The position numbers were made by a program, and so were the translations under genes. From a virus, in the IMG/VR virus record IMGVR_UViG_3300044634_004833, positions 64,001 to 128,000 of that record: DNA of 64,000 nt. One strand, written 5' to 3'. Positions within the stretch are counted from its first letter, which is position 1. Every line of letters starts with the position of its first letter. Below, piece by piece: positions 8,856-18,655 of the stretch. The notes beneath the pieces were generated by a model. It was not told the origin of the DNA. It saw nothing but the letters and a program-made list of their open reading frames with translations, and did no database searches.

Positions 8856-9254
8856 GTGATAAAAATGATTAGTTTAAATGAATACAAAGAAGTGGGAAGT
8901 TTTTCAGGTCTTGTTTCTAAGTTTTTTGAAGCGAGAGATTTCGCTCATAGAGTTCATTTGTTGGCGAAAAATAAATCATACGCTGAACATAAAGCATTAG
9001 GATCTTTTTACGAAGATTTAATTGGTTTGGTAGACAACCTATATGAGACTCATGCAGGACAGTATGGCCCAGCCAAATTTGATTTTAATAAGATTCCCGA
9101 TGGAGATGCCACAGAATATCTTGAGTCTTTGGGAAAAATATGTGTAGCTGGCCATTCTTCTATTGATAAAAAAGATACCCATCTACACAATATTTTAGAT
9201 GAAATTACAGCTTTGGTTTATCACACATTGTATAAGTTAAAAAATTTGAAATAA
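8856..9254 (+). CDS. Dps/ferritin-like phage protein (DUF5856-like)
   Basis: HRVHL...SYAEHKALGSFYE...NILDEI...TLYKLKNL. Confidence 0.75.
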   Translation: MIKMISLNEYKEVGSFSGLVSKFFEARDFAHRVHLLAKNKSYAEHKALGSFYEDLIGLVDNLYETHAGQYGPAKFDFNKIPDGDATEYLESLGKICVAGHSSIDKKDTHLHNILDEITALVYHTLYKLKNLK

Positions 9255-9255
9255 T

Positions 9256-9519
9256 TCACAACTTTGCTTTTTTTAACTTTTTATAGTAGTTAGAATCTTC
9301 TTTAAGATGTGCTAATGCAATCTTCAATATTCTTTCCTCATGTCCTTCGATAACATCAAGCTTTTTAATAGACATATGTTCTTTTTCAGTGTTAACGCCA
9401 GAAACTAATTCCTCTTTACTAAAATTAGAAATATTTAGCTTTGCTTTTTTAGCTATATTTTCAATGTCTTTATAATCAAATTTTTTAGATTCTATTAAAA
9501 TCCACTCTTTGAATTTCAT
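9256..9519 (-). CDS. DUF5661-like phage protein
   Basis: GVNTEKEH...KIALAHLKEDSNYYKKL; MKFKEW start. Confidence 0.75.
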   Translation of the reverse strand: MKFKEWILIESKKFDYKDIENIAKKAKLNISNFSKEELVSGVNTEKEHMSIKKLDVIEGHEERILKIALAHLKEDSNYYKKLKKAKL

Positions 9520-9527
9520 TTTTTTCC

Positions 9528-9794
9528 TTAACGCATTTCTGCTGTCAACCAGTTGTAAACTTCTTCAACATCATCTTTTGATGTCGCAATATGATCATTT
9601 GCCCAATCATGGCCATTTTGAAGCATTTTATCTACTTTTTCAGGATCAAGTGATAACATGTGGTCAACTCTGTCTTTAATAGTTTTTAAATTGTTGAAAA
9701 ACATGTAGTGTTGAACATCATGATCTTTTTCATAATCATGACTTTCTTTGAGTAGTCCTGCCAATATTAGTAGTTCTTTATTTTCTTTTTGCAT
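9528..9794 (-). CDS. conserved phage hypothetical protein
   Basis: YMFF...GHDWANDHIATSKDDVEEV; TATAAATA upstream at 9810-9817. Confidence 0.7.
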   Translation of the reverse strand: MQKENKELLILAGLLKESHDYEKDHDVQHYMFFNNLKTIKDRVDHMLSLDPEKVDKMLQNGHDWANDHIATSKDDVEEVYNWLTAEMR

Positions 9795-9824
9795 AAATCC
9801 CCCTGAAAATATTTATAATCTGGC

Positions 9825-9854
9825 GGTTGTTTTTGAAATAGTAGCCCCTATAAT
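9825..9854 (+). promoter_or_regulatory. class I promoter-like motif
   Basis: GGTTGT at 9825 and CCCC-TATAAT at 9849. Confidence 0.7.
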
Positions 9855-9931
9855 ATAATCTGTGGCAAGCATACTGTATGTTTGCAAATTAAAATTTGAT
9901 TTTTATATAGAGAAGAAAGGTGGGTAACCAC

Positions 9932-10342
9932 ATGCGTAATTTTATTTTTGCTTTGACTGTTTCTGTTGTTTCTTTGGCTGGCGTTCAGGCTGGCGATGCT
10001 CCCAAGGCCCAAGCTGCTCCTGCTGCCAAGGCTGCTGTCGCTTCCTGTGATTGCCAACCAGCAACTGCTGCTCGTCGTCCTCTTCTGGGTCGCCGTAACG
10101 CTTGCGCTGAGACCGTTCTAGTCGAAGGCACCAAGAAGGTCACCGTCCTTGAGCCTAAGAAGGTTCTGGTCGAAAAGACCGTTATGGTTCCTGTCCAGAA
10201 GGAAGTCAAGACCGTGACTCCAGTTAAGGTTGTTGCTGCTCCTGTTTGTTGCAGCACGGCTGCTGTAGCACCAGCTCGTCGTCTTGGCCTCCGCACCCGT
10301 GGCGTTGTGGCTGGCGTTTCTGACTGCGCTAACTGCAAGTAA
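9932..10342 (+). CDS. secreted Ala/Val/Cys-rich protein (planctomycete-style)
   Basis: Signal peptide MRNFIFALTVSVVSLAGVQA; GC-richer codon usage; own promoter and terminator. Confidence 0.7.
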   Translation: MRNFIFALTVSVVSLAGVQAGDAPKAQAAPAAKAAVASCDCQPATAARRPLLGRRNACAETVLVEGTKKVTVLEPKKVLVEKTVMVPVQKEVKTVTPVKVVAAPVCCSTAAVAPARRLGLRTRGVVAGVSDCANCK

Positions 10343-10369
10343 ATCTTGCGTTGTTATTGCTCTTGAATT

Positions 10370-10410
10370 AAAGGTGTAGAGCTTTACAATAAAGCTCTAC
10401 ACCTTTTCTT
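10370..10410 (+). terminator. intrinsic terminator
   Basis: aaaggtgtagagcttt-acaat-aaagctctacaccttt followed by T-rich tail. Confidence 0.8.
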
Positions 10411-10424
10411 TTAGGAGCGTTATT

Positions 10425-10871
10425 ATGTTGGTAGCCATTCTTCTAATTTTAGGCCAGCAGCCACTACCTGCTATGGTAGTATCCATGCCTTTTATAAAGG
10501 CAGATACAATCTGTAAAAATAATCAAAATGAAACAGATAAGACTTTGTTTAGTGACAAGTGTTTAGACAATATGGCTAAAAACTACAAGCCTGTGAAAAT
10601 TTATTATGCTATGTATGGGGTTGATGGCAAAGAAGATATAATTCCTCTAGGAACTGTTTCGTGTATCTATATAACAAAAAACACCATTTATGCAAGGTGC
10701 GAGTTTGATGTTGCTCCTCCAAAAAATATAAAAGATTATATTTGCAACGCCAAACCATATGCTGGAAAAGGTGATTTTGATTTTTCAGACAATTGTATCT
10801 ATACAATCAATAAGGCCGAAATTAAATATTTTGTATTAAGGCCTAAAAATAAAGCTATTATTTTCGAATGA
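10425..10871 (+). CDS. hypothetical protein, possible signal peptide
   Basis: SD AGGAG; hydrophobic N-terminus. Confidence 0.6.
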   Translation: MLVAILLILGQQPLPAMVVSMPFIKADTICKNNQNETDKTLFSDKCLDNMAKNYKPVKIYYAMYGVDGKEDIIPLGTVSCIYITKNTIYARCEFDVAPPKNIKDYICNAKPYAGKGDFDFSDNCIYTINKAEIKYFVLRPKNKAIIFE

Positions 10872-11552
10872 TCAACTGGTATGAAACCAAATTGAGAAGG
10901 TCACATGTTCTTTAGCAAGATATGTGACCTTTAATAATTTGTATAGTTCGTCAGCCAAAAGCACTCCTGCTTTATAATCGGAAGGATAGTGTAGTCCAGC
11001 AAGAATTCTATTCTTTCCCATGCTCTTGCCAAGTTCACTCAATTCGGGTTTTTTCTCTGGAAACATATGGCCCAAAACTTTGGCTGCTAATGCGCCAAAT
11101 GTAGCATGACCGCTTGGGTAAGATGCTGTACTAGCTGTTTTTGATGGGAATATTTTAAATTGCTCCCCCATTTTAGATGCCAAAAAGGCTGGTCTGGGTC
11201 TGTCATATTTCTTTTTGTAGTGCTTTACCGCAATTTCTGTATCCATTTCTAGCAGATAGATGAACTTTTCTAAAGTGGGATCGTCAATTTTTAAGGCATC
11301 ATAAAAAATCGTATTTAGTCTAGGCCAGTATCCATCTTGTTCTTTTATTTCTTTTTTCTGTTTGGTTGTTAATGATTTGAAAGACTTCTCAATCAGCTTT
11401 AGTTCTTCAAAAGTTTCTTTTGAATCGTTAGCAGGAGGATCTGGCAATTTAATTTTATCCCAAGAATCTTCAAATATTTGAATTTTCTTTTTTGGAACAT
11501 CGTAATAATCACGATGTTTCATATCTGAATCTTTTAGATTTTTAATATCCAT
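10872..11552 (-). CDS. PAP2 superfamily phosphatase
   Basis: KKKYDRPRP, SYPSGHA, NRILAGLHYPSD. Confidence 0.9.
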   Translation of the reverse strand: MDIKNLKDSDMKHRDYYDVPKKKIQIFEDSWDKIKLPDPPANDSKETFEELKLIEKSFKSLTTKQKKEIKEQDGYWPRLNTIFYDALKIDDPTLEKFIYLLEMDTEIAVKHYKKKYDRPRPAFLASKMGEQFKIFPSKTASTASYPSGHATFGALAAKVLGHMFPEKKPELSELGKSMGKNRILAGLHYPSDYKAGVLLADELYKLLKVTYLAKEHVTFSIWFHTS

Positions 11553-11555
11553 GCA

Positions 11556-12569
11556 TTATTTATTAGTGTGATTAATAATTGCATCAACATCTTCTATTTT
11601 TGATTCAATAATGTGTGCATGTGATAGATTTAAATTTTTGTAAAAGTCACGATACCTCATCAAGTCATACTTGGCTTCAAGGGCCAATTTGATTACGGTG
11701 GGACTTGGTTTTCTTGGCCGTTTGCTAAGTACAAGTTTTATTAATTTGGGGGTGTAATTATCATGATTGCTGATATTACCCAAATAAGTCCTTATTACAT
11801 AGGCAAGCCCTGAATATCCTTTGTCTATGATGTATTCCAAGCAAAATACAGAATAATTACGGGTAAACACCTCGGCCATTGTTTGAAGGTTATGTGGATT
11901 GATTTTATTGAAAATCATAGTCTGCAAGAAGTCAATGACTTTTTGCTGGCAAATATTTGAGCCAAAAATTGTAGTATTAAATACTATTGGATCAATCTTT
12001 TTATCTGTATAAAGGAAATATTTTAATGCCTTAAGCTTTTCTTCATCAGTATAAGCAGAATTGTGGACAATCAAATGTAAAACACTAATATCAATTGGCA
12101 AGTGTGGTCTATTCTGAGGCCAGCAATAAAATGATAGAAGTATGTCTATTACATACATAGTATCATTTTTTTCTATTTTGCCTTCATCTAGAAAGCTCAT
12201 GAAGTGGTAAATTATTTCTGTGTCCAATTTATTAAGATTTTTATATTTAATTGCATAGTATGCACCATCTTCGGTATCGAGTAATTCGTTAAATCTTTCT
12301 GTGCTTTCCTTGCAAGTTTCTAGTAGCAATTTTATAGCTTGTTCCAAGTAATCATCAGGATAAGATTCATCATGCAAATCTTGATAATTGCAAAATTTAA
12401 TAAAGTCTTTTCTGCTTTTTATGTCAAAATATTTGAAAGAAGAATCGTTAAGCATAAGATGCAAGGCATTTACTACTTTTCCTTCATTTACATTTTCTGT
12501 AAAAGATAGATACATAAAAGATTTAGTAGCGTATATTTCTGGACTGATTGTAGTATTTGCTGGGCACAT
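11556..12569 (-). CDS. hypothetical helical-repeat-like protein
   Basis: 337-aa ORF. Confidence 0.65.
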   Translation of the reverse strand: MCPANTTISPEIYATKSFMYLSFTENVNEGKVVNALHLMLNDSSFKYFDIKSRKDFIKFCNYQDLHDESYPDDYLEQAIKLLLETCKESTERFNELLDTEDGAYYAIKYKNLNKLDTEIIYHFMSFLDEGKIEKNDTMYVIDILLSFYCWPQNRPHLPIDISVLHLIVHNSAYTDEEKLKALKYFLYTDKKIDPIVFNTTIFGSNICQQKVIDFLQTMIFNKINPHNLQTMAEVFTRNYSVFCLEYIIDKGYSGLAYVIRTYLGNISNHDNYTPKLIKLVLSKRPRKPSPTVIKLALEAKYDLMRYRDFYKNLNLSHAHIIESKIEDVDAIINHTNK

Positions 12570-12579
12570 ATAATATTTC

Positions 12580-12987
12580 TCACAATGTGGGTGAAATCAA
12601 CTTCAGTATATCTGCCGAAATTTTTGGTATAGTTGCAGATCTGTTTTTGTTGTGTTTTAACATTTTTTGATGAGGCACGGCTTGTATTCCTTGCCTAATA
12701 TCTCCAACATGCCATACGACATCTCCCAAGCAAATCTTTTCTTCAGAAACATAAATTTTTTGAGTTTCAAATATATTTTTTTTATTTCTTTCTACGATTG
12801 CTTTTTTTAGGTCATCAGAATAGTAATGCAATATTTTTATAGTTTCTTTTATGCCGATGGAGGATATTGCTCCGAATGGCTGATAAATGTTTAAAATTTC
12901 AAATGCTTTTTTTAACTTTTCAAGAAGGATTGGGTTACGAGTAAGGGGAATGTCCCCTTCGACTTTAAATGGCCTATGTTTAAGCAT
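12580..12987 (-). CDS. hypothetical protein
   Basis: ORF with SD AAGGA. Confidence 0.6.
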   Translation of the reverse strand: MLKHRPFKVEGDIPLTRNPILLEKLKKAFEILNIYQPFGAISSIGIKETIKILHYYSDDLKKAIVERNKKNIFETQKIYVSEEKICLGDVVWHVGDIRQGIQAVPHQKMLKHNKNRSATIPKISADILKLISPTL

Positions 12988-13011
12988 ATTTTCCTTCTTT
13001 CCGCTATTGGT

Positions 13012-13239
13012 TTAATTATTCGTTTCTTCTTTAAAATTATATGGGCTGTCGGAATTAATAGCCCAACTATTTAGACTGTCGATAGTCCAGAGAGAGTCTG
13101 TTGAGAAAAAATCCCAAGCCCGGGTGTGGCTTGCGAGGCCAGACCACATGCTCGACCACGAATCTAAAGATCTGCTATTGAATATAGATTCTTTTTTTTC
13201 CCAAATCATTCCTGTGGAAAATACTATGTTTCTTTTCAC
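13012..13239 (-). CDS. small Ser/Trp-rich hypothetical protein
   Basis: ORF within a co-oriented gene run. Confidence 0.45.
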   Translation of the reverse strand: MKRNIVFSTGMIWEKKESIFNSRSLDSWSSMWSGLASHTRAWDFFSTDSLWTIDSLNSWAINSDSPYNFKEETNN

Positions 13240-13264
13240 TTTTGCATCCTTGCAAAAAAATGTG

Positions 13265-13513
13265 TTAGTTTTTAACCTTGTATCCTGCTTTTTTTAAAGT
13301 TCTAAAAACCTTTTCCCAGTCTCCTGCAACTGACAATTCTCGTCCATATTTGTCTTCATATTTAATTTTATATATTTCTGCTTCTGGAAGAACGATTGGC
13401 TCTTCTTGGTCTTTTGGATTAAAGCCAAGAGTATTGGTTAGCAAAGAATCTTCATGAATTTTCACAGCAAACTCCAATTGTTGAATACAGTTTAACTGCT
13501 TGTTTGCTTCCAA
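13265..13513 (-). CDS. hypothetical protein
   Basis: ORF within a co-oriented gene run. Confidence 0.55.
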   Translation of the reverse strand: MEANKQLNCIQQLEFAVKIHEDSLLTNTLGFNPKDQEEPIVLPEAEIYKIKYEDKYGRELSVAGDWEKVFRTLKKAGYKVKN

Positions 13514-13519
13514 TCAATA

Positions 13520-13795
13520 TTAAATTGGTCTTATAGAAAAATCTGATCTCTTGTAGACAAATTTTTCAGCTTCTTCTTTGTTTTTGAACCTTGGGCTTAA
13601 AGTTTCAAACTTGACATGGCCAAGTCCATCTCTGCAAAGGAGGAAATAAACATATCCCCCCTTTTTGGATGTGCTGAAATTACATGGGAAAAATTTGAAA
13701 GCTCCAACCTCAAAAGGTTTGAATTCAGCTATCTTTTTTTTTCCACTGCTTTTAAACTGATTGTTTATAACCGTTCCAACTTTCTTCTTTGGCAT
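13520..13795 (-). CDS. hypothetical protein
   Basis: SD AGGAG. Confidence 0.6.
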   Translation of the reverse strand: MPKKKVGTVINNQFKSSGKKKIAEFKPFEVGAFKFFPCNFSTSKKGGYVYFLLCRDGLGHVKFETLSPRFKNKEEAEKFVYKRSDFSIRPI

Positions 13796-13803
13796 AGCAG
13801 CTC

Positions 13804-14565
13804 CTAGTTTAGCAATCCTTCGATTACTTCTCGCACTTCGTGTTTTTCTTTATAGAATTTTTTCAATCGATTTCTGGTATTATAAAACATGAATTTATCT
13901 GTCTCTCCTGTTTCAAGATACCTTTCAATAGATTTTCTTTGTTTTTCAGTAAGATTTGCATCCTGACAAATCTTATCAATAAATTCTTTGATTTCAAACA
14001 ATTCTGATTCAATATTTTTTTCGTCTTCTATTGAAGCAGCAAAAGAACCTTCTTTAGAACCAGATAGTTCTTCATAAGATATAAATTTGTTAAGAGCGAA
14101 CTTTTCTCGAATTCTAGCAATCGCTCTCGGAATTCCAATTTTCAAACCATTGATAGCGTAAGTTGAGAACATTATATCAGGACGCAGATACATCCAAACA
14201 GAATTTCTCAAGCTAAGCAACATTTCAGCATATACTTCTTCTCTTTGATCTTCTGTAAGTTGGTACTTGTTCATCCATGAAAAAATTGCTGGAACAAACT
14301 TAATGATGAGATCATTTTCTACGATTTCACCATAAAACATTTTTGGATAATCTCTTTCAAATGCTTTACCTAGCAAGTTGGCAGCTTCTTTGCGATGTTT
14401 CTTGAAAAATTGCACATAATAAACAACCGTGCCATTTTTACGAATGCCGAAGGCAGATGTAAACATTTTGCGATTTGTTTCATTTATCAAAGCCATAGTG
14501 CGTTGTCGCCATTTCAATAGAATGGCGTTGGATTTGGCTAGTTTCTTGTAATCAATATTATCCAT
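13804..14565 (-). CDS. divergent sigma-70-like factor, paralogue of 6040..6864
   Basis: EEVYAEMLLSLRNSVWMY...FSTYA; LTEKQR region-4-like segment; likely start ATG 14565 after AAGGAG (track starts at 14706). Confidence 0.65.
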   Translation of the reverse strand: MDNIDYKKLAKSNAILLKWRQRTMALINETNRKMFTSAFGIRKNGTVVYYVQFFKKHRKEAANLLGKAFERDYPKMFYGEIVENDLIIKFVPAIFSWMNKYQLTEDQREEVYAEMLLSLRNSVWMYLRPDIMFSTYAINGLKIGIPRAIARIREKFALNKFISYEELSGSKEGSFAASIEDEKNIESELFEIKEFIDKICQDANLTEKQRKSIERYLETGETDKFMFYNTRNRLKKFYKEKHEVREVIEGLLN

Positions 14566-14839
14566 TGTTTGCACTCCTTGTATTGTTCCTGTTATGTCGA
14601 GACCCTTTAGTACCTTCAAATCCATGAGAAAAGCAATGCCAGCTTTCATTCGAACATTCGAAAGACCACATGCTCGATACATTGCCGTTGTTCTTAAAGT
14701 TTCCATGTCCCGTCGTGGGAATATTAAAGAGAATAGATTGAACAGTTGTTGTGTCTACCCCTCCCAGAAAAGGAATATTTAACCACTTGACATCAAAATG
14801 CCATGATTCAATCCCGGTGCTGTTTATAAACATTATCAT
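14558..14839 (-). CDS. hypothetical protein
   Basis: SD GGAGGG; stop overlaps the sigma-like start; CCCCG-TATTAT promoter-like site upstream (~14881-14891). Confidence 0.45.
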   Translation of the reverse strand: MIMFINSTGIESWHFDVKWLNIPFLGGVDTTTVQSILFNIPTTGHGNFKNNGNVSSMWSFECSNESWHCFSHGFEGTKGSRHNRNNTRSANNG

Positions 14840-14953
14840 TTATTTGGCCCTCCATGATTCCTTGAATTCCCCACGCAAAAATAATACGGGGACCGGCTAA
14901 AAATTTTTCCTTTATTTTCGAGTTTTTTATTTTTGACACTAAAATATAATCAT

Positions 14954-15331
14954 ATGGAAGCCAATATAAATTTTGAATCTTTGCCAAAAACAATTGTATG
15001 CGATATTGATGGTTGTATATTTAAACATCAGGGTAGTTTATGTGCTATGATAAATAGTGAGCCAGAATTATTAGATGGTGTTAAAGAAAAGTTTGATGAA
15101 TGGGATAAGAAAGCATATAGAATAGTATTGTTGACAGGCAGAAAAGAAAGTATGAGAGAGATTACCGAAAGCCAATTGCGAAAATTTGGTTTATTCTGGG
15201 ATTTTTTGATCATGGGAGCGACCAGAGGAGAGCGAGTTCTAATTAACGATAAAAAACCTGGAATTGACAACAACACAGCAACTGCCTTTAATTTGACTCG
15301 CAACGAAGGCATGTCATCTTTGAAAATCTAA
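14954..15331 (+). CDS. HAD-superfamily phosphatase
   Basis: IVCDIDG, LLTGR, LINDK. Confidence 0.85.
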   Translation: MEANINFESLPKTIVCDIDGCIFKHQGSLCAMINSEPELLDGVKEKFDEWDKKAYRIVLLTGRKESMREITESQLRKFGLFWDFLIMGATRGERVLINDKKPGIDNNTATAFNLTRNEGMSSLKI

Positions 15332-15353
15332 TATAATTTATAAGAAGGCAACT

Positions 15354-16568
15354 ATGAATTACGAAATAAAAAATTGCTTGTGTTGCAATAAAAGCAATTT
15401 GTCTTGTGCTTTGGATTTGAATAAGCAGCCTCTTGCTAATAGCTACAGTCCTGTAGGAACTGAACTAGAAGAATATCCATTGGCTATAAACCTTTGTGAA
15501 GATTGTTTTCATTTACAGCTATCTTTTAGAGTTGATCCAGATCTTATGTTTAGAAATTATTTATATGTAAGTGGAACTACCCAAACTTTAAGAGATTATT
15601 TTGATTGGTTTGCAAATAAAGTCAAGTCAGAATATCCAGAATCTACAAGTGTTTTAGATATTGCTTGCAATGATGGATCGCAACTTAATTCTTTCAAAAA
15701 AATTGGATATAACACTTTTGGAATAGACCCAGCAAGCAATCTTTTAAAGTTAAGTACAGATAGTGGCCATAAAGTTTTATGTGATTATTTTAATTCTAAC
15801 TCAGTTGAAAAAATAAAAACTTTTTATAAAACACCATATATCGATGTAATAACTGCTCAAAATGTATTTGCTCATAATGACAATCCTTATGATTTTCTTC
15901 TTTCGTGCAAAAAGCTAATGCATGAAAAAACAAAGTTGTATATCCAAACTTCACAAGCTACAATGATAGAAAATAATCAATTTGACACAATTTATCATGA
16001 GCATATTAGCTTTTTTAATACAAATTCTATGAAGGCTGTAGTAGAAAGAGCTGGCTTATCTTTAAATAATGTAGAAATAACAAATATACATGGAAATTCT
16101 TATGTCTTTGAAATTGGAAGAAAAAAAGCTGATGGTCAAAATGTACAGAATAGATTAAATCATGAAAATATTCTTGGGCTTTTTGATAAAAATACTTATT
16201 TAAATTACGCTAACTTTTGTAAAAATATTTGCTCAGACTTAAAAAATAAAATAAACGAATTCAGAAATGAAGGCTACAAAGTAGCCGGATACGGCGCAGC
16301 AGCAAAAGGTGTTGTGCTTATAAATTTTGCAAAAATAAATTTGGATTTTGTTGTAGATGATAATCCTTTAAAACACAACTTGTGTATGCCTGGAACTAAT
16401 ACTCTAATACATAGTCCATCATTTTTATCAAACTATTCTAATGATAAATTAGTTTTATTGCCATTAGCTTGGAACTTTTTTGACGAAATAAAACTTAAAG
16501 TTAATAACATATTGGGAGAAAACAAAGCTTCGTTTTTAAAATATTTCCCAAAGGTTGAAGTATGTTAA
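15354..16568 (+). CDS. NDP-sugar C-methyltransferase (Zn-binding N-terminus, class I SAM)
   Basis: CLCC..LDLNKQPLANS, VLDIACNDG, FDTIYHEH, YGAAAKG, LAWNF. Confidence 0.9.
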   Translation: MNYEIKNCLCCNKSNLSCALDLNKQPLANSYSPVGTELEEYPLAINLCEDCFHLQLSFRVDPDLMFRNYLYVSGTTQTLRDYFDWFANKVKSEYPESTSVLDIACNDGSQLNSFKKIGYNTFGIDPASNLLKLSTDSGHKVLCDYFNSNSVEKIKTFYKTPYIDVITAQNVFAHNDNPYDFLLSCKKLMHEKTKLYIQTSQATMIENNQFDTIYHEHISFFNTNSMKAVVERAGLSLNNVEITNIHGNSYVFEIGRKKADGQNVQNRLNHENILGLFDKNTYLNYANFCKNICSDLKNKINEFRNEGYKVAGYGAAAKGVVLINFAKINLDFVVDDNPLKHNLCMPGTNTLIHSPSFLSNYSNDKLVLLPLAWNFFDEIKLKVNNILGENKASFLKYFPKVEVC

Positions 16569-17452
16569 GAGTTTTATTAATTGGATCAAATGGATATATT
16601 GGTTCAAGATTTTATTCTGATTACAAAAATAAATATTATTTTAACTTAGTTGATAATTGTTTGCATAACAAAGCTTTATTTGAAGATACAATAAATCAAG
16701 ACTTTAAAAGTTTATCAAACTATTTTATTCAAAGTTTCGATGCAGTCGTTCTTCTTGCAGGGCATAGTAGTGTGCCAATGTGTAGAGGGAATTTTTTAAC
16801 ATCTTATAAAAATAATGTAGATAATTTTGTTGATTTAATATCTAAGCTAAATAAAACACAAAAATTTATATATGCTAGCAGTTCAAGTGTTTATGGAGTT
16901 GTAGATAGTCCAGTAGACGAAAATCATTTATGTTTTAAAACATATGAAAATTATGATACACAAAAAATTATAATTGATTTAATAGCAAATCAAATGGATT
17001 TAAATTATTATGGATTAAGATTCGGAACAGTTAATGGTTATTCTCCGCATACTAGAGAAGATATTATGTTAAATGCAATGACAAAGTCAGCATGGGAGAA
17101 AAATGAAGTTAATATTTTTAATCCAAAAACTAAAAGACCAATACTTGCAGTTGGAGATTTAGCAAGAGCAATAGATTGTATTATTCAATCAAAAGATGAT
17201 AATCATGGAATTTATAATCTTGCTTCTTTTAATTCAAATGTTTTATATCTTGGAACAGAAGTGGCTAATTATTTTAATGTTAATATTAAAAACAATGGAG
17301 ATAATGGAAATAAAACTTATGATTTTGCAATTGATTCATCTAAATTTAAAAATACATTTAATTTTGAATTTAGATATGATATAAAAAAGATATTGCAGGA
17401 ACTTGATTTTTATAAGAATGAATTAAAGTGGACAAAATTAAATATTAGTTAA
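16562..17452 (+). CDS. NAD-dependent epimerase/dehydratase
   Basis: GSNGYIG, YASSSSVYG, YxxxK, LRFGTVNG. Confidence 0.9.
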   Translation: MLRVLLIGSNGYIGSRFYSDYKNKYYFNLVDNCLHNKALFEDTINQDFKSLSNYFIQSFDAVVLLAGHSSVPMCRGNFLTSYKNNVDNFVDLISKLNKTQKFIYASSSSVYGVVDSPVDENHLCFKTYENYDTQKIIIDLIANQMDLNYYGLRFGTVNGYSPHTREDIMLNAMTKSAWEKNEVNIFNPKTKRPILAVGDLARAIDCIIQSKDDNHGIYNLASFNSNVLYLGTEVANYFNVNIKNNGDNGNKTYDFAIDSSKFKNTFNFEFRYDIKKILQELDFYKNELKWTKLNIS

Positions 17453-18094
17453 TATTGTTTTTATATATTTAATTTTATTTTCTATTGTATCTTCATGTTT
17501 TCTGAAAATTGTACCTGTTCCACACACCAAATTATTTGCTCCAGCTTTTACCATCAAAGGTATTGTTTCTGGTTTTACTCCGCCATCAATTTGAATTTCA
17601 AGATTGGGATTGTGTTTTTTGGCCTCAGAAATTTTATTGTAAATGTTATTATAAAATTTACCTCCTAATATTCCTGGATCTATGGCCATTAAGCAAAGGA
17701 TGTCAATATCTTGAATGATATCTAAAATAAAGTGTATTGGAGTGCTAGGATTTAATGCTATGCCAGCTTTTAATCCCAATTCTTTTATTTTGTGAACAAC
17801 TCTACTAGAATGCTTTGTTGCTTCTTGGTGAAAAACAATATAATCCGCTCCGCTTTTGGCGTAAACATCAATATGTTTTTCAGGATCATCAATCATTAAA
17901 TGAACATCAACTGGCTTTTTAGAAATCTTTTTTAACTCTTGTAATATTTCAGGATACAAACCAAATCTAGGAACAAAAATGCCATCCATAACATCAAAGT
18001 GTATTTGATCTATATTGCCGTTTTCTAAACAATATATGTCATCTTTTAAATTTATAGGATCTGCACATATTAATGATGCTGATAGTTTTGTCAT
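17438..18094 (-). CDS. rpe: ribulose-phosphate 3-epimerase family protein
   Basis: HFDVMDGIFVP, DVHLMI, ALNPSTP, IDGG. Confidence 0.9.
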   Translation of the reverse strand: MTKLSASLICADPINLKDDIYCLENGNIDQIHFDVMDGIFVPRFGLYPEILQELKKISKKPVDVHLMIDDPEKHIDVYAKSGADYIVFHQEATKHSSRVVHKIKELGLKAGIALNPSTPIHFILDIIQDIDILCLMAIDPGILGGKFYNNIYNKISEAKKHNPNLEIQIDGGVKPETIPLMVKAGANNLVCGTGTIFRKHEDTIENKIKYIKTILTNI

Positions 18095-18098
18095 AGTT

Positions 18099-18653
18099 TT
18101 ACTCTAGAATACTGTGTGTTTGTTTCATTGATTCTTCTGTAATATTTAGTTTATCCATCATTAATAAAATTAAACTATCAAAAAATAACCACAAGCTTTG
18201 TTCATTTAAAGTTGTCATTGGCTGAATTGATTTTGTTTGATGGTTTCTAATTTTATTTGGGGCTTTAATTTCAATAGCAACGTCTGATAATTTTCCAATT
18301 GTTGATTCTATATTGTTTGTAAATGCAATTATAGTAGCGTTACTACTTTTAGCTATTTTTGCAAGTTCTACAATTGTTTTTGTTTCTCCAGAACCAGAGG
18401 CAACTAAAAACAAGTCCCCTTCGCCAATTCTTGGAACTGTTGTATCCCCTAGATGTGTTGCGTCAAATTTGCAATGGCCTAAGCGCATGCAAAAAGACCT
18501 TATGGCATACCCTACTCTTCCAGCACCACATGTAACTATTTTCTTACTTGAAGAAATATGGTTAATTACTTTTTCTATATTTTCATATTCTGCCAGTAAT
18601 AAAACATTCTCTATTTCATTTAAAACTATTTTTATTTTTTCTTTTATAGACAT
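18099..18653 (-). CDS. SIS-domain sugar-phosphate isomerase (6-phospho-3-hexuloisomerase-like)
   Basis: GAGRVG..MRLGH, ASGSGET, SIQPMTTLNEQ, terminal HSILE. Confidence 0.85.
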   Translation of the reverse strand: MSIKEKIKIVLNEIENVLLLAEYENIEKVINHISSSKKIVTCGAGRVGYAIRSFCMRLGHCKFDATHLGDTTVPRIGEGDLFLVASGSGETKTIVELAKIAKSSNATIIAFTNNIESTIGKLSDVAIEIKAPNKIRNHQTKSIQPMTTLNEQSLWLFFDSLILLMMDKLNITEESMKQTHSILE

Positions 18654-18655
18654 GT

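Noticed and set aside
14933-14950. TTGACA and TATAAT consensus hexamers
   Set aside because: Only 6 nt apart, so they are not a -35/-10 pair
17438-18653. RuMP formaldehyde-fixation auxiliary pathway
   Set aside because: No hexulose-6-phosphate synthase in the window; the context is glycan biosynthesis
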